NCBI GenBank assembly: GCA_041740355.1
Contig: JBGSMD010000056.1
Span: 1-29,635, forward strand
Direction: 5' to 3'
Origin: Bdellovibrionota bacterium
GTDB lineage: Bacteria; Bdellovibrionota_C; UBA2361; CALJRW01
Length of the DNA stretch: 29,635 nt
Both the position numbers and the translations under genes were made by a program. Of this stretch, positions 1-9,746 are shown piece by piece. The notes under the pieces are model-generated. The model had not been told where the DNA came from, did no database searches, and worked only from the letters and a program-made list of their open reading frames with translations. Positions within the stretch are counted from its first letter, which is position 1, and each line of letters starts with the position of its first letter.

Positions 1-23
1 ACTTTAAAAACTAACGATTTTGC

Positions 24-142
24 TTGGACTCACTATTTATGTTGTTTTTAGCTATGCAAACTTGGATAAATCCAAGATTTGCATTAGCCGTAATGACTCT
101 TTTTAATTTACTAACGTAAATTATTTTTTGTCATTACTATAA
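24..142. repeat. Degenerate copy of the modular palindromic repeat (H3 end + linker + bulged hairpin R + H1-like hairpin), abutting the dnaA stop codon
   Basis: TTGGACTCACTAT (24-36) equals the 3' end of the 27514-27663 copy. TTTATGTTGTTTT (36-48) equals 29425-29437. Hairpin ATGCAAACTTGGA-TAAA-TCCAAG-A-TTTGCAT at 54-84. ACGTAAATTATTTTTTGTCATTACTATAA (114-142) is a near reverse complement of the H1 left arm at about 29485-29513. Confidence 0.7.
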
Positions 143-1552
143 CTAAGATAAAATTTTATTTTCAATTTCTTTAATAGCCAGCTTGACCTTAGCCGAGGTT
201 AACAACTCTTTCTCAACCTTTTGAGAAGCATAAATGATACTGGAATGATCACGACCACCAAAATAGAGACCAATTTCTAAATAAGGAATATTGGTATGTT
301 TTCGGATTAAATAGATCGCAATTTGACGAGCAAAAGAAATGCTCTGAAGACGGCGTTTGGACTCCAAATCACTGACTTTAAGATCAAAATAATTTGCAAC
401 AACAGATTTAATTTCTCTAAAGCTAACTTCTAATTTTCGAGGCTTGATAAAAGAATCTAAGCTTTGCTCGGCTAAGCTGATATTTATAGCTTCACGACGC
501 AGACTGGCTAAGGCTGTAATCCGATTAATTGCTCCCTCTAACTCTCTGATATTATTAGTAACTCTTTCGGCTATTAACTCTGCAACTCCACGTTCAAAGA
601 AAACTTTTTTATGTTTAGCCTTAGATTTAACAATTGCCAATCTAGTTGCTTGATCAGGGCTTTGAAAATCAACAGTTACTCCCCATGAAAGTCGGCTTTT
701 AAGCTTTTCATCTAGATCGGCAAGCTCTTGTGGTAATTTATCAGCCACAATTACTATCTTGCTGCCACGTTCATGAAGACAATTAAAGGTATGAAAGAAT
801 TCTTCTTGTGTATGTTGTTTTTTAGCTAAGAACTGAAAGTCGTCAATTAATAATAAGTCGATCGATCTAATCTGCTTCTTAAACTTATCAATTTGTCCTG
901 ATCTGATTGAACCAATCAACTTATTAGTGAAGTTTTCAGAGGACGTATAATAAACTCGAGCCTCGGGGTTTTGAGTTAAATATTGATGACCAATTGCTTG
1001 CATTAAATGCGTTTTGCCAAGTCCAACACCACCATGAAAAAACAAGGGACTTGCTGCACAAGATTCCTTTTGTTTAGAATTAGCTAGTTGCTTTGCTAAG
1101 CCGTAAGCAAATTCATTATATTTTCCAACAACAAAATTTTCAAAGGTATACTCGGGATTTAAATTTGTTTTAAAAGCAGAGATTTTTGTAGCTAATTCAG
1201 GAGCGCTATCCTTATTCGGAGTAATAACTCTTTTTTGAATATTTGGAGTTAGGTTACTGTAAGTATTACTTGGATCTTGAATTTGATAAATTAAGCGATA
1301 ATCAGAAATTCCTAATTTTTGGTTAAAGTAATTTTTAATTCGATCGGAGAATTTATTTTCCAAATGATTTTTAATAAGCTCCGATGGGGCTGAAATTGTA
1401 ATCGATTGCTCTTCGGCGCTTGCCCCAACAAAACGAACTGGATTAAGAAAGGCAGCAAAAACTTCTGGGTCTATTTCTTGTTGTATTTGTTGGATTGATT
1501 GTTGCCATGTAGTTTCTAGTAAATTGCTGTTATTATCCAGATTAAGGGTCAT
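143..1552 (-). CDS. dnaA: Chromosomal replication initiator DnaA
   Basis: LNPEYTFENFVVG, Walker A GGVGLGKTHL, LLLIDDFQFL, QEEFFHTFN, NIRELEGA and domain IV FGGRDHSSIIYA. Confidence 0.98.
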   Translation of the reverse strand: MTLNLDNNSNLLETTWQQSIQQIQQEIDPEVFAAFLNPVRFVGASAEEQSITISAPSELIKNHLENKFSDRIKNYFNQKLGISDYRLIYQIQDPSNTYSNLTPNIQKRVITPNKDSAPELATKISAFKTNLNPEYTFENFVVGKYNEFAYGLAKQLANSKQKESCAASPLFFHGGVGLGKTHLMQAIGHQYLTQNPEARVYYTSSENFTNKLIGSIRSGQIDKFKKQIRSIDLLLIDDFQFLAKKQHTQEEFFHTFNCLHERGSKIVIVADKLPQELADLDEKLKSRLSWGVTVDFQSPDQATRLAIVKSKAKHKKVFFERGVAELIAERVTNNIRELEGAINRITALASLRREAINISLAEQSLDSFIKPRKLEVSFREIKSVVANYFDLKVSDLESKRRLQSISFARQIAIYLIRKHTNIPYLEIGLYFGGRDHSSIIYASQKVEKELLTSAKVKLAIKEIENKILS

Positions 1553-1799
1553 TAACGATTTTTAAAGACAAAAAATTTCCTAAAGAGTTAAACTCTTTAT
1601 TTGAAAGCATCAAAAAGACGAAAGAATATTTAGGAAAAACCTTAGTGAAACCGTGACGAAATTATCCTAACTATTAGGAAACTACTTCATGAAAATCGGC
1701 TCAAACTAATTGGAAAGAAATCTTTCTTACTAAAATGAGCGATTACAAAAAACCTGTCCAGCATTTTCTTTATAAAACTTAAATATAAGTTTCTTTTGA

Positions 1800-1960
1800 A
1801 AGTGTGAACTAAAAACCAAATCCAGAATGCAATGTAGTAGATCTCTTGTGGATCAATCAAGGTAATTCGAAATTAAATTTTTATTTTTTTTAATTGAAAG
1901 CAAAATTAGTAGTTTATAAAAAATTCATTTAAGTAATTAAAATCAATTTTTAAATTTATG
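1800..1960. promoter_or_regulatory. Possible oriC element or dnaA autoregulatory region
   Basis: Lies in the 920-bp intergenic region upstream of dnaA. DnaA-box-like TGTGGATCA at 1847-1855 (1 mismatch to TGTGGATAA), preceded by TAGTAG, with a very AT-rich stretch at about 1868-1958. Only one good box found. Confidence 0.3.
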
Positions 1961-2472
1961 TTCCTGATCAAGTACGATCGAATTTATAAGTGCTTAATTT
2001 CATGCTTGGTTTTTTTAACTTGTAGTAATCGGAGAAAAAACAAGATTACTCAGTAAAAACAAAAGTTATTTTTGATAATAAATTTCAACAGCGAGAATGA
2101 TATTTTAATAATGAAGATTGTAAAAGTTATTAGGGTTTAACTATGATTCCAGTAATGTTGTGGCGTAAATTTTTAGTGTTAAAAAATTTTAATGCCAAGG
2201 AGACTTCTAAGTCAATTAGTGAAGAAACATTTTCCATCAAAGCTAGTGGTTTAAATTACTATTACCACGAATATAGTTTATACAAATTTTCGCTAAGCGA
2301 TCTACACTATATTTAAGTGGCTTAAAGTAAAAAATGCTATCTAAAAAGGTTTATTGTTGTAGATCGGCAAAGCTTGCAATTATTAGGAAATTTTTATAAA
2401 ACTTATGGCAAATTACCCAACAATATTAAATGCTAAAAGACCAGTTTTTTAGCCAGTTACTCAATTTCAACT

Positions 2473-3225
2473 ATGGAACGCCACTTTACATACACCCAGT
2501 CTTTATTTGAAGGCACAATCGGCATTGAAGCTGAAAAATTTGCTTTCGGATTGCTACTTGGTCTGATCATTTTTCTAGTTGGAAAAGTTGCTACTAGTCG
2601 CATTTCGAAGCAAGGATTCATTAAAGAAAACCTAATCCCGGATAAAAAGTTCAGTTTATTTGATGTCTTTGACCTATTTACCGAAGGATTTCTTAAATTC
2701 CACGATTTTGTTGTTGGTAAAGAAAATCGCAAGTATTTTTCCTTGAATGCTAGTCTTTTCCTATTTATCTTACTAGCTAATCTTCTAGGGCTTATTCCTG
2801 GTTTCCCAGCAATAACAACGACAGTATGGGTTAATGTTGGCTTAGCCATTGCTGTTTTCATTGCCTTTAATGTTTTTGGTGTTAAAGAACATGGCTTAAA
2901 GAATTATTTAAAACACTTTGCTGGCGGGGATGCAGTATTAGGAATTAAGCCCTTAATTCCTGTAGCTATGTTTTTGTTTGTATTAGAGATTATCAGCTTA
3001 ATCTTAAGGGTAATTACCCTAAACCTAAGAATGTATTGGAATATTACCGCCGATCACTTAATTATCAGCACAATCGGGGAATTAACCGGAAATTTCTTTG
3101 TCCTGATTGGACCAATCCTATTAGCCAAGGGCGTCTTGGTATCAGTCTTGCAGGCTGGTGTATTTACAGTTTTAACAATGGTTTATATTCTTCTAGCAAC
3201 TCAGCATGAAGAGGAAGAACATTAG
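2473..3225 (+). CDS. atpB: F0F1 ATP synthase subunit a
   Basis: Multi-TM protein with LFILLANLLGLIPGF, the essential Arg in LNLRMYWNITADH, VLQAGVFTVLTMVYI and a C-terminal HEEEH. Confidence 0.95.
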   Translation: MERHFTYTQSLFEGTIGIEAEKFAFGLLLGLIIFLVGKVATSRISKQGFIKENLIPDKKFSLFDVFDLFTEGFLKFHDFVVGKENRKYFSLNASLFLFILLANLLGLIPGFPAITTTVWVNVGLAIAVFIAFNVFGVKEHGLKNYLKHFAGGDAVLGIKPLIPVAMFLFVLEIISLILRVITLNLRMYWNITADHLIISTIGELTGNFFVLIGPILLAKGVLVSVLQAGVFTVLTMVYILLATQHEEEEH

Positions 3226-3244
3226 TTTTATATTGGAGAAAAAA

Positions 3245-3538
3245 ATGAAAAAGATAGCAAACTATCTTGTAGTTTTAGCCGCTTTACTTTTTTCTAATGC
3301 CGCTTGGGCTGCTGATGGAGCTGTTGCTTCTTTAGCACCTCTGGGAGCTGGTATTGGTGTAGGTTTAGCCGTTATTGGTGCAGGATTTGGTATTGGTAAA
3401 GTTGGTAACGCTGCTTTGGAAGCAATCAGCCGTAACCCATCTGCAGCAGGTAAGCTTTTCTTACCATACATCTTAGGTTTCGTATTAATCGAAGGTGTGG
3501 CAATTTTCGGTCTGGTAATTGCTTTAGGTCTTAAGTAA
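3245..3538 (+). CDS. atpE: F0F1 ATP synthase subunit c with N-terminal signal-like extension
   Basis: Gly-rich helix GAGIGVGLAVIGAGFGIG, loop ISRNP and ion-binding Glu in LIEGVAIF. Start moved to ATG 3245 because GGAG lies at 3235-3238. Confidence 0.95.
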   Translation: MKKIANYLVVLAALLFSNAAWAADGAVASLAPLGAGIGVGLAVIGAGFGIGKVGNAALEAISRNPSAAGKLFLPYILGFVLIEGVAIFGLVIALGLK

Positions 3539-3552
3539 TTCCATTTCGAACT

Positions 3553-3594
3553 CTCTCTGACTAAGGAATCACTCCTTAGTCAGAGAGCTTTTTT
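3553..3594 (+). terminator. Rho-independent terminator after atpE (probably also serves convergent mpl)
   Basis: Perfect 15-bp stem CTCTCTGACTAAGGA / TCCTTAGTCAGAGAG with a 5-nt loop, followed by CTTTTTT. Confidence 0.85.
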
Positions 3595-3671
3595 GCTCAG
3601 ACTTGAGCTAAAAATTGGCAAAACTCTTCTTCCTCTGATTCATATCTACTAATAATCTAAAATATTCAGAC

Positions 3672-5126
3672 TTAGAATTTATTAGTGATTAGCTCCCGCA
3701 ATCCATCAAAACTGCTGTTAGACATTAGAATTACTAAGCTATCTTTTGGTAAGTTAGTTTTAAGATCGACTAGTATTTCATTGGCCGTCAGATAAGATTT
3801 TGCCCGCTTTCCCTGCGAAATTAAATCATGACAGAGTTGTTTTGTGGATAGTAATTCCACCTCGGTCTGATTAGTTTTAGCCTTTGGCTCCAAAAAGATT
3901 ATTGAGTCGGCGATTGCCAGAGCTGCTAAATAGTCTTGCTCCATTATTTTTCTTCTACTGGTATTTGAAGCCGGCTCAAAAATTGCCCAGAGATTTTTAT
4001 CGGGATAAATCGCGCGGTAACTTTCTAGTGTTTGCTTAACAGCCGTGGGATGATGTGCAAAATCTTCAATAAAAAGCTGGGTATCTTTTTCTAATAGTTT
4101 TTCCTGACGACGCTTAGGAGCTTCAGCCTGACTAAGCGCCACTTTTACTTCTTTCCAAGTAAATCCACACAAGTAAAGTGACAATGCGGCAACCACAACA
4201 TTTCTGGCGTTGTAACTTCCTGTTAAATTGCTAATAATTTCTAGTGGCTCACCCTGAAAACTAAAGTTTATTACTTGCTTCTGATTTTGATAGCTCGTTT
4301 TGGTAATTCGACAATCAGCAGCTAAGTCTTCTCCAAAAGTAATCAACTTAAGCTCAGAATCATTTTTCCAGTTTTGAATCAGATTTTTAAGATTTGGAAA
4401 ATCTAAGCAAGCAAGTAAATAGGATGACGGCTTTAAGTTAGTAACTAACTGCTTAAACTCTTTGTTAATATCATCTAGAGAGTCATAAATATCAGCATGA
4501 TCGAATTCAACGGCATTAATAATACAAATGTCTGCCGGATAAAATGAGAACTTAGGAACTTTAGCAAAAAAGGCACTGTCGTATTCGTCTCCTTCTACAA
4601 CACAAAATTTTCCATTGTCAGCTTCGAGACTTAGCGGAAGAGTTTTTACGACACCACCAATAAAGTAAGCTGAGGCTGGGCTAAGTAGTTTTAGGGCTTG
4701 AGCAACTAAAGCTGAGGTAGTTGTTTTACCATGAGTTCCAGTTACAACAATCGAAGTTCTTCCCGCTATTACTAATTCGGCAAGTAACTTTGGAAAACAA
4801 GTGTAGGGTAAGCCTAGTTCTTCCACTCGATCCACTTCTGGGTGGCCATAACTAATTGCATTCCCAATTACGATGAGATCGTAATCCGCTTTGATATTAT
4901 TAGCATGGTAACCGGTGAAAAGTTCTAAATGGTTGGATTTAAGAAAAGAACCCATTGGCTCATAAAAGGCTTGATCGCTACCACTTACTTGATAACCCTG
5001 CTTTACAAGGGCTACCGCTAATTGCCCCATTGCTACGCCACAAACCCCTATTAAATGAATCTTCGCACCAACGGGAAGCTGATTAAGCGCAGTGCAATTT
5101 TCTGTCTTAAAGTAATCTTTGGGCAT
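3672..5126 (-). CDS. mpl: Murein peptide ligase Mpl (MurC family)
   Basis: IHLIGVCGVAMG, GSD...YEPM, VTGTHGKTTTS, EGDEYDSAFFAKVPKF, EFDHADIY, EDFAHHPTAV and FEPASNTSRR. Confidence 0.9.
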   Translation of the reverse strand: MPKDYFKTENCTALNQLPVGAKIHLIGVCGVAMGQLAVALVKQGYQVSGSDQAFYEPMGSFLKSNHLELFTGYHANNIKADYDLIVIGNAISYGHPEVDRVEELGLPYTCFPKLLAELVIAGRTSIVVTGTHGKTTTSALVAQALKLLSPASAYFIGGVVKTLPLSLEADNGKFCVVEGDEYDSAFFAKVPKFSFYPADICIINAVEFDHADIYDSLDDINKEFKQLVTNLKPSSYLLACLDFPNLKNLIQNWKNDSELKLITFGEDLAADCRITKTSYQNQKQVINFSFQGEPLEIISNLTGSYNARNVVVAALSLYLCGFTWKEVKVALSQAEAPKRRQEKLLEKDTQLFIEDFAHHPTAVKQTLESYRAIYPDKNLWAIFEPASNTSRRKIMEQDYLAALAIADSIIFLEPKAKTNQTEVELLSTKQLCHDLISQGKRAKSYLTANEILVDLKTNLPKDSLVILMSNSSFDGLRELITNKF

Positions 5127-5202
5127 TAGCGATAGTGTTTAACTAATTAAATTTAAGATCAACCAGCCTAAACTAATCAATATAATCTTTGAATTGTTGA
5201 AA

Positions 5203-7074
5203 CTACATTAAACTTGGAGCGATCTCAATTTTAGCTTGAGCTTTAAGTTTAGCAATCAGGGAACTCATGAAAACATTTTCTAAATCTTTTCTTAGTTTCT
5301 CTTTTTGTTCTTTTACTTTCTCGGCAACTACTTCTTTTGTTGGAGGAGTAATACTTTCAACTTGCAGAATATAGTACTTATTATTTTGATGTTGATAGAC
5401 TTGCGGTAAGATTCCAAGATCTGTTTTAGCAAAAAGAGCAGTTTTTATCTCAGGAGAAACTAGTTCTTCTTCTTGAGCAGCTCTTTTAATGTCGACTCTG
5501 CTTGTAAGATCAACAAGATAATCAGCTTTAATCTTTTCAAAATTGCTATCGGGGGCAGAAATCTTTGTTAAGAAATCATCTGCTTGAGCCTTTGCAAGTT
5601 CCACTGACTTGCCAGCTTTGAAGTCAGCGATGAGTTTTTCTTTAACTTCTGCAAGCTCTGGTATTTTACGAGCAATAACTTCAGTCACCTCTACTAAATA
5701 GTAATTGCCAGCAACTTCCTGTATTTGCTTTGTTAAGTCTTGTTGTCCCAGCACTAGCTTACTAAGCCCAGCAGATTTTTCTAAATCTTCATCAGCACTC
5801 TTCGCTTGATCCGTTTTAACTAAGGTCAGTTTTTGTTCTGTTGCGAAATCTGCCAAGCTCTTCGATGATTCTTGCCAGTTAGCAAACAGATCTTCGGCTT
5901 TAACTTGAAGGTAAGCAACAATTTCACGCTCTTGAAGAGTTTTCTTGATTTCTTCAGAAACTTCGACCATCGGTTTTATTTTGCCCTCTTGGAAATCTTC
6001 AACTCTTATTATTTGATAATTCGCCTCTGTCGTTACTAGCTTGGCGGAACCCATGGCACCTTGATCAAAGGCAATCGCTTCAAGTTCAGGAGCACTTTTC
6101 CCCTTCTCTAGCCATTTAGCGTCAGCACTTTTTGCATCGGAAGAATTTTCTTTGGCTAATTTTTCGAAGTCTTCACCTTGATTGATTTTTTTGATTAAAG
6201 TATCAGCTAACTCGCTAGCAGTTTGATCTGCTACAATATTACTAGCATCTCGTTTTAAGAGAATACTTCGTACTAAGGCTTTGTCTGGAGTAGCGAACTT
6301 CTGTTGGTTTTCGCTATAGTAAATTTCAAGATCTTCTTCTGTTACTTCTACTAAACTTAAGTTCTCAGCAGGCGTTAAGGCCACTAAGCTATAACTCGCT
6401 TTTTCAGGAGTTTCATATTCGGAAGCATGATCTTGATAGAATGTTTCTAGTTCTGTATCAGTTGGAGCGGTCACTTTTTCTATTTGCTTTGCAGGGTCAA
6501 AGCTATAAACTTGATACTTGTAAGTTGTTTCTTCTTTCTTAACTGCAGATTCTAGCTCTGCTTGAGAAATATTTAGATGATCACTAACAATTCCCGCAAA
6601 AACACTAGGGGTCATTTGTTTGGCCAGGCGAGCTTCAAAATTAGTTGCTGATTGACCAGTATTTTTTAGAAAGGTTTCATATTTTTCAGTAGACATGTCA
6701 TCGCCTAAAAAGGTCTTTAGTCCTTCGTGCAAGTCTTTATTGCTGACGACTAAGTCTTGCTGTGAGCTAAATTGCGTAAGGAGAGTTTCTTCAATCAAAC
6801 GGTCAATCGTTTGTTCTTGCAGGTTAATTCCACCCATTTGGATTAGTTGTTGGTAGAAATCACCAAATTGCTGTCGATAATTGTTTTCCAGATTTGACTG
6901 AGCAATGGCAAATTGTTGTTGAGTGATCTCTTCCCCATTAATCTTAAGCGCGTAGGAGGACTGGGGACTATTCCCATATGGCGTAATCCCAAAGCTCGCC
7001 ATAACTACAACTAGGATGATAATTGTAATAATTAGTAAAACGGATTTTTGGTACTTATGTAAAAGCTGTAACAT
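5203..7074 (-). CDS. Membrane-anchored periplasmic chaperone, PpiD/SurA N-terminal domain with parvulin-like domain
   Basis: N-terminal TM segment, KINGEEIT, SurA-N-like helices, FYQDHASEY, EDLEIYYSENQQKF, parvulin-like GEDFEKLAKENSSD; about 620 aa, as for PpiD. Confidence 0.8.
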   Translation of the reverse strand: MLQLLHKYQKSVLLIITIIILVVVMASFGITPYGNSPQSSYALKINGEEITQQQFAIAQSNLENNYRQQFGDFYQQLIQMGGINLQEQTIDRLIEETLLTQFSSQQDLVVSNKDLHEGLKTFLGDDMSTEKYETFLKNTGQSATNFEARLAKQMTPSVFAGIVSDHLNISQAELESAVKKEETTYKYQVYSFDPAKQIEKVTAPTDTELETFYQDHASEYETPEKASYSLVALTPAENLSLVEVTEEDLEIYYSENQQKFATPDKALVRSILLKRDASNIVADQTASELADTLIKKINQGEDFEKLAKENSSDAKSADAKWLEKGKSAPELEAIAFDQGAMGSAKLVTTEANYQIIRVEDFQEGKIKPMVEVSEEIKKTLQEREIVAYLQVKAEDLFANWQESSKSLADFATEQKLTLVKTDQAKSADEDLEKSAGLSKLVLGQQDLTKQIQEVAGNYYLVEVTEVIARKIPELAEVKEKLIADFKAGKSVELAKAQADDFLTKISAPDSNFEKIKADYLVDLTSRVDIKRAAQEEELVSPEIKTALFAKTDLGILPQVYQHQNNKYYILQVESITPPTKEVVAEKVKEQKEKLRKDLENVFMSSLIAKLKAQAKIEIAPSLM

Positions 7075-7343
7075 TTATATACTGTAATAATTAAGAAAGT
7101 AGTGTTGCAAACTCCCTAGATTGCTTAGAAGCGATACCATATTACCAATGGCTTAGCTCAAAGAATTTAAGGATTAAGTATAACTTAAAGCTATCAACTT
7201 ATAGCCTTTTTTAAATCTCTTTACCAGATTCTTATCGCTTGATTTGGACTATAGTAAGGCTCTGAAGCAGAATGTTCCAATTCTCCGATTGGCATTAAGC
7301 TGTTCGTTTTCGGGAATAATTTTGAAATTTACTTAAAGTTATA

Positions 7344-8513
7344 ATGATTATCGTTAATTACTTTGAACCAGGTCTTTTAAGCTTATTTCTCTTTCAATTA
7401 TTACCTTTACTCTATTTCCCTTTTCATACTCGCTTTTGGTTTGATATCAAAAAGCAAAAAATGGGCGATTTCGTATTAATTTGTATCGCGATTTCGCTTT
7501 TAGTTATTGTAGGATTAAAGTTAAGCTTTCTGATTCAAGGAGGTGCTAGCAAAACAGCTATCTATTTCACTTTACTTCACTTATTACCTCTAATTACTAC
7601 GATCTTAATTATTCGTTTTAAAAATCCCTTAAATACTTACATTGCTTCTCAAAAACCAGCCGCTGGTGGAAATTCTCAAGATCCAACAACGAAGAACTCG
7701 GCAGTAGAGATTCGACCTCAAAACCACGAGATTGCGGATATAACCTGGGATGATTTAATTATCCCAAATGAAATTCAAGTTGAGATTCTTTCCGTAATTG
7801 AATTGTTAAGAGATCCGAAAACTTCTGCAAAATACGGAGTTAAAATTCCTAAAGGTATAATCTTTAGTGGACCTCCCGGAAATGGTAAGACTACAATTGC
7901 TAAAGTAATTGCTAAAACTGCGGGGTTAAACTTTTTTTCATTTTCAGCCGATCAGGTAATTTCTAAGTGGGTTGGTGACTCTGAGAAAAATCTGAGCAAC
8001 CTATTTAATGCTGCTAATAAGTATAAGCCAGCCATTGTTTTTATTGATGAACTTGATTCTATTGGACGAGCACGATCTAGTGGTGGGGAGCAGTGGTCGG
8101 AGAATTTATTAAATCACTTTTTACAACTAATTGATGGTGTTCATAATACGGAAGGGATTTATATAATTGGGGCAACTAACCGGCCAGATTTAATTGATGC
8201 AGCCTTAAAGCGTTCTGGGCGTTTAAATAAAGAGATTATTATCCCACAACCAGATCTTAATGCTCGGTTACATTTATTTCAATTATATTTAAAGAAATTA
8301 AAGCTGGCAGAAGGGGTTGATGTTCGGATTTTAGCAAAAATAACAGAAGGACTTTCGGCTGCAGATATTAGTGGGATTTGTAATCAGGCGGGAATTAATT
8401 CTTTTAAGCGAGAAACAATTTCTGGGAAAAGGGAGTTTTCAGTTAGTCAGTTGGATTTAAAAAATGCGATTGAACAATTTTTAACGGAAGAACAGATCAA
8501 CAAAGCTAACTAG
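7344..8513 (+). CDS. Membrane-anchored classic-clade AAA+ ATPase (single AAA module, no protease domain)
   Basis: About three hydrophobic N-terminal segments. IPKGIIFSGPPGNGKT (Walker A), pore loop SKWVGDSEK, IVFIDELD (Walker B) and SRH GATNRPDLIDAALKRSGRL. The protein ends after the helical lid. Confidence 0.85.
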   Translation: MIIVNYFEPGLLSLFLFQLLPLLYFPFHTRFWFDIKKQKMGDFVLICIAISLLVIVGLKLSFLIQGGASKTAIYFTLLHLLPLITTILIIRFKNPLNTYIASQKPAAGGNSQDPTTKNSAVEIRPQNHEIADITWDDLIIPNEIQVEILSVIELLRDPKTSAKYGVKIPKGIIFSGPPGNGKTTIAKVIAKTAGLNFFSFSADQVISKWVGDSEKNLSNLFNAANKYKPAIVFIDELDSIGRARSSGGEQWSENLLNHFLQLIDGVHNTEGIYIIGATNRPDLIDAALKRSGRLNKEIIIPQPDLNARLHLFQLYLKKLKLAEGVDVRILAKITEGLSAADISGICNQAGINSFKRETISGKREFSVSQLDLKNAIEQFLTEEQINKAN

Positions 8514-9381
8514 CAATCGCAAGTTCTGGATTGGTATTTTTTTGACTTTCAGTAGAAGACTTTACGCTATTAGTTAAAACTTCTGTCACTACAGTCAAAA
8601 TCGCGGGGTCTTTTCTTTGTTGATAAAGTGCCGAAACAAAATTAATTCTACTATCGTCACTATCAAGTCGTGCTACATATTCTCTTAGTACTCTAAGTTC
8701 GGCAGCATTTCTTGCTTCTTGTCTAATCAGCTCAACTTGTGATTTTTCATGAGCAAGTTCGGCTTGTTCCCTTTCTTTGGTAGCTGTGACCAATGTCCGT
8801 CGGTCATGAAAGCTATATGAAAGTGGATCCAAGATTACTTCCGAAGCAACAGAACTATTAACTGCAGGCACTGATTTGGCCTGAGTATTTTGTTCAGAAA
8901 TTAGGAGTAAGTTTTGATCAAGATTTTTAAGCGTTTCTTTAATTAATTGTTGCTCCTTTGTTAGGGTAGTTTTAGAGTCATCTTTTAAGTATTCGGCAAG
9001 GACTTCCTTTTGTTGTGTTACCGCACTTACTATTAATTCTTTTAGTGGAGTAGTAATGGCACAGTTTGTTAAGTTTTTAAGAATTAAGGCATTAAGATCT
9101 ATTAAGGTTTCTAGTTCTAAAGATTCTTTTCGAGCCAATCTTTTGCTAGCTAATTCTTCTTGAAGTTTTTCAAATAGATTCTTTAATTGATCCAAAGGAT
9201 GCAGTGAAGTAGCTGTATTTTCTGTTAAACTAGTTTCCTGGCCAATTTTAGTAGCTTTTCCCTTGGCGGAACGAAATCCGGTATCAAGGAGGTTCTCCAG
9301 AGGTTCCCCTTGAAGATCGGATTCAAGAGTCTGTGTCTCAGAACTCTTTTTAAAATTTGTAGCAAAGGCAATTAAAATCAT
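8506..9381 (-). CDS. Hypothetical alpha-helical/coiled-coil protein
   Basis: 291-aa ORF rich in E/K/L/Q, co-oriented with gatCAB; no motif recognised. Confidence 0.65.
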   Translation of the reverse strand: MILIAFATNFKKSSETQTLESDLQGEPLENLLDTGFRSAKGKATKIGQETSLTENTATSLHPLDQLKNLFEKLQEELASKRLARKESLELETLIDLNALILKNLTNCAITTPLKELIVSAVTQQKEVLAEYLKDDSKTTLTKEQQLIKETLKNLDQNLLLISEQNTQAKSVPAVNSSVASEVILDPLSYSFHDRRTLVTATKEREQAELAHEKSQVELIRQEARNAAELRVLREYVARLDSDDSRINFVSALYQQRKDPAILTVVTEVLTNSVKSSTESQKNTNPELAIAS

Positions 9382-9434
9382 CTTAAAGCCACAGTATAAT
9401 TTATTTGATTACTAAGAAAGAAAAATGACCCTAA

Positions 9435-9746
9435 CTAGAACGTTGATTCGGCAGATTCTGTATGCATAAAGCCAAGCTTCGTTTGAGTGTCTAACTCAGT
9501 AGCGTAGACCCAGGATACTTGTGGCTTAATTTCGTTTAAAAGTTGCTGGCAGAGGGATAACTGCTCGGAAGTAGTGATAATGGCGATTAGTGAGTTTTTC
9601 ACATCAAGCGTCCTTACTGTTCCTAAGCCCTCATATGTTTCTAGCAGACTTTGTAGAAAAGCAACTTTAGAAGCAGGCAACTTTATAAAAATCGCAATTG
9701 CAATCTCATCAAGTTGAATTAAATGGTTTTGATCTTCGCCAATCAT
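9435..9746 (-). CDS. DUF4911-like small protein
   Basis: VAFLQSLLETYEGLGTVRTLD resembles the DUF4911 pattern as I recall it. ATGA overlap with the gatB stop. Confidence 0.65.
   Translation of the reverse strand: MIGEDQNHLIQLDEIAIAIFIKLPASKVAFLQSLLETYEGLGTVRTLDVKNSLIAIITTSEQLSLCQQLLNEIKPQVSWVYATELDTQTKLGFMHTESAESTF

Noticed and set aside
2143-2316. Possible atpI or rpmH upstream of atpB
   Set aside because: The short ORF is neither multi-TM nor Arg-rich like L34.
3206-3244. Longer atpE start given by the ORF track
   Set aside because: Overlaps atpB; ATG 3245 has a well-placed GGAG and gives a clean signal-like N-terminus.
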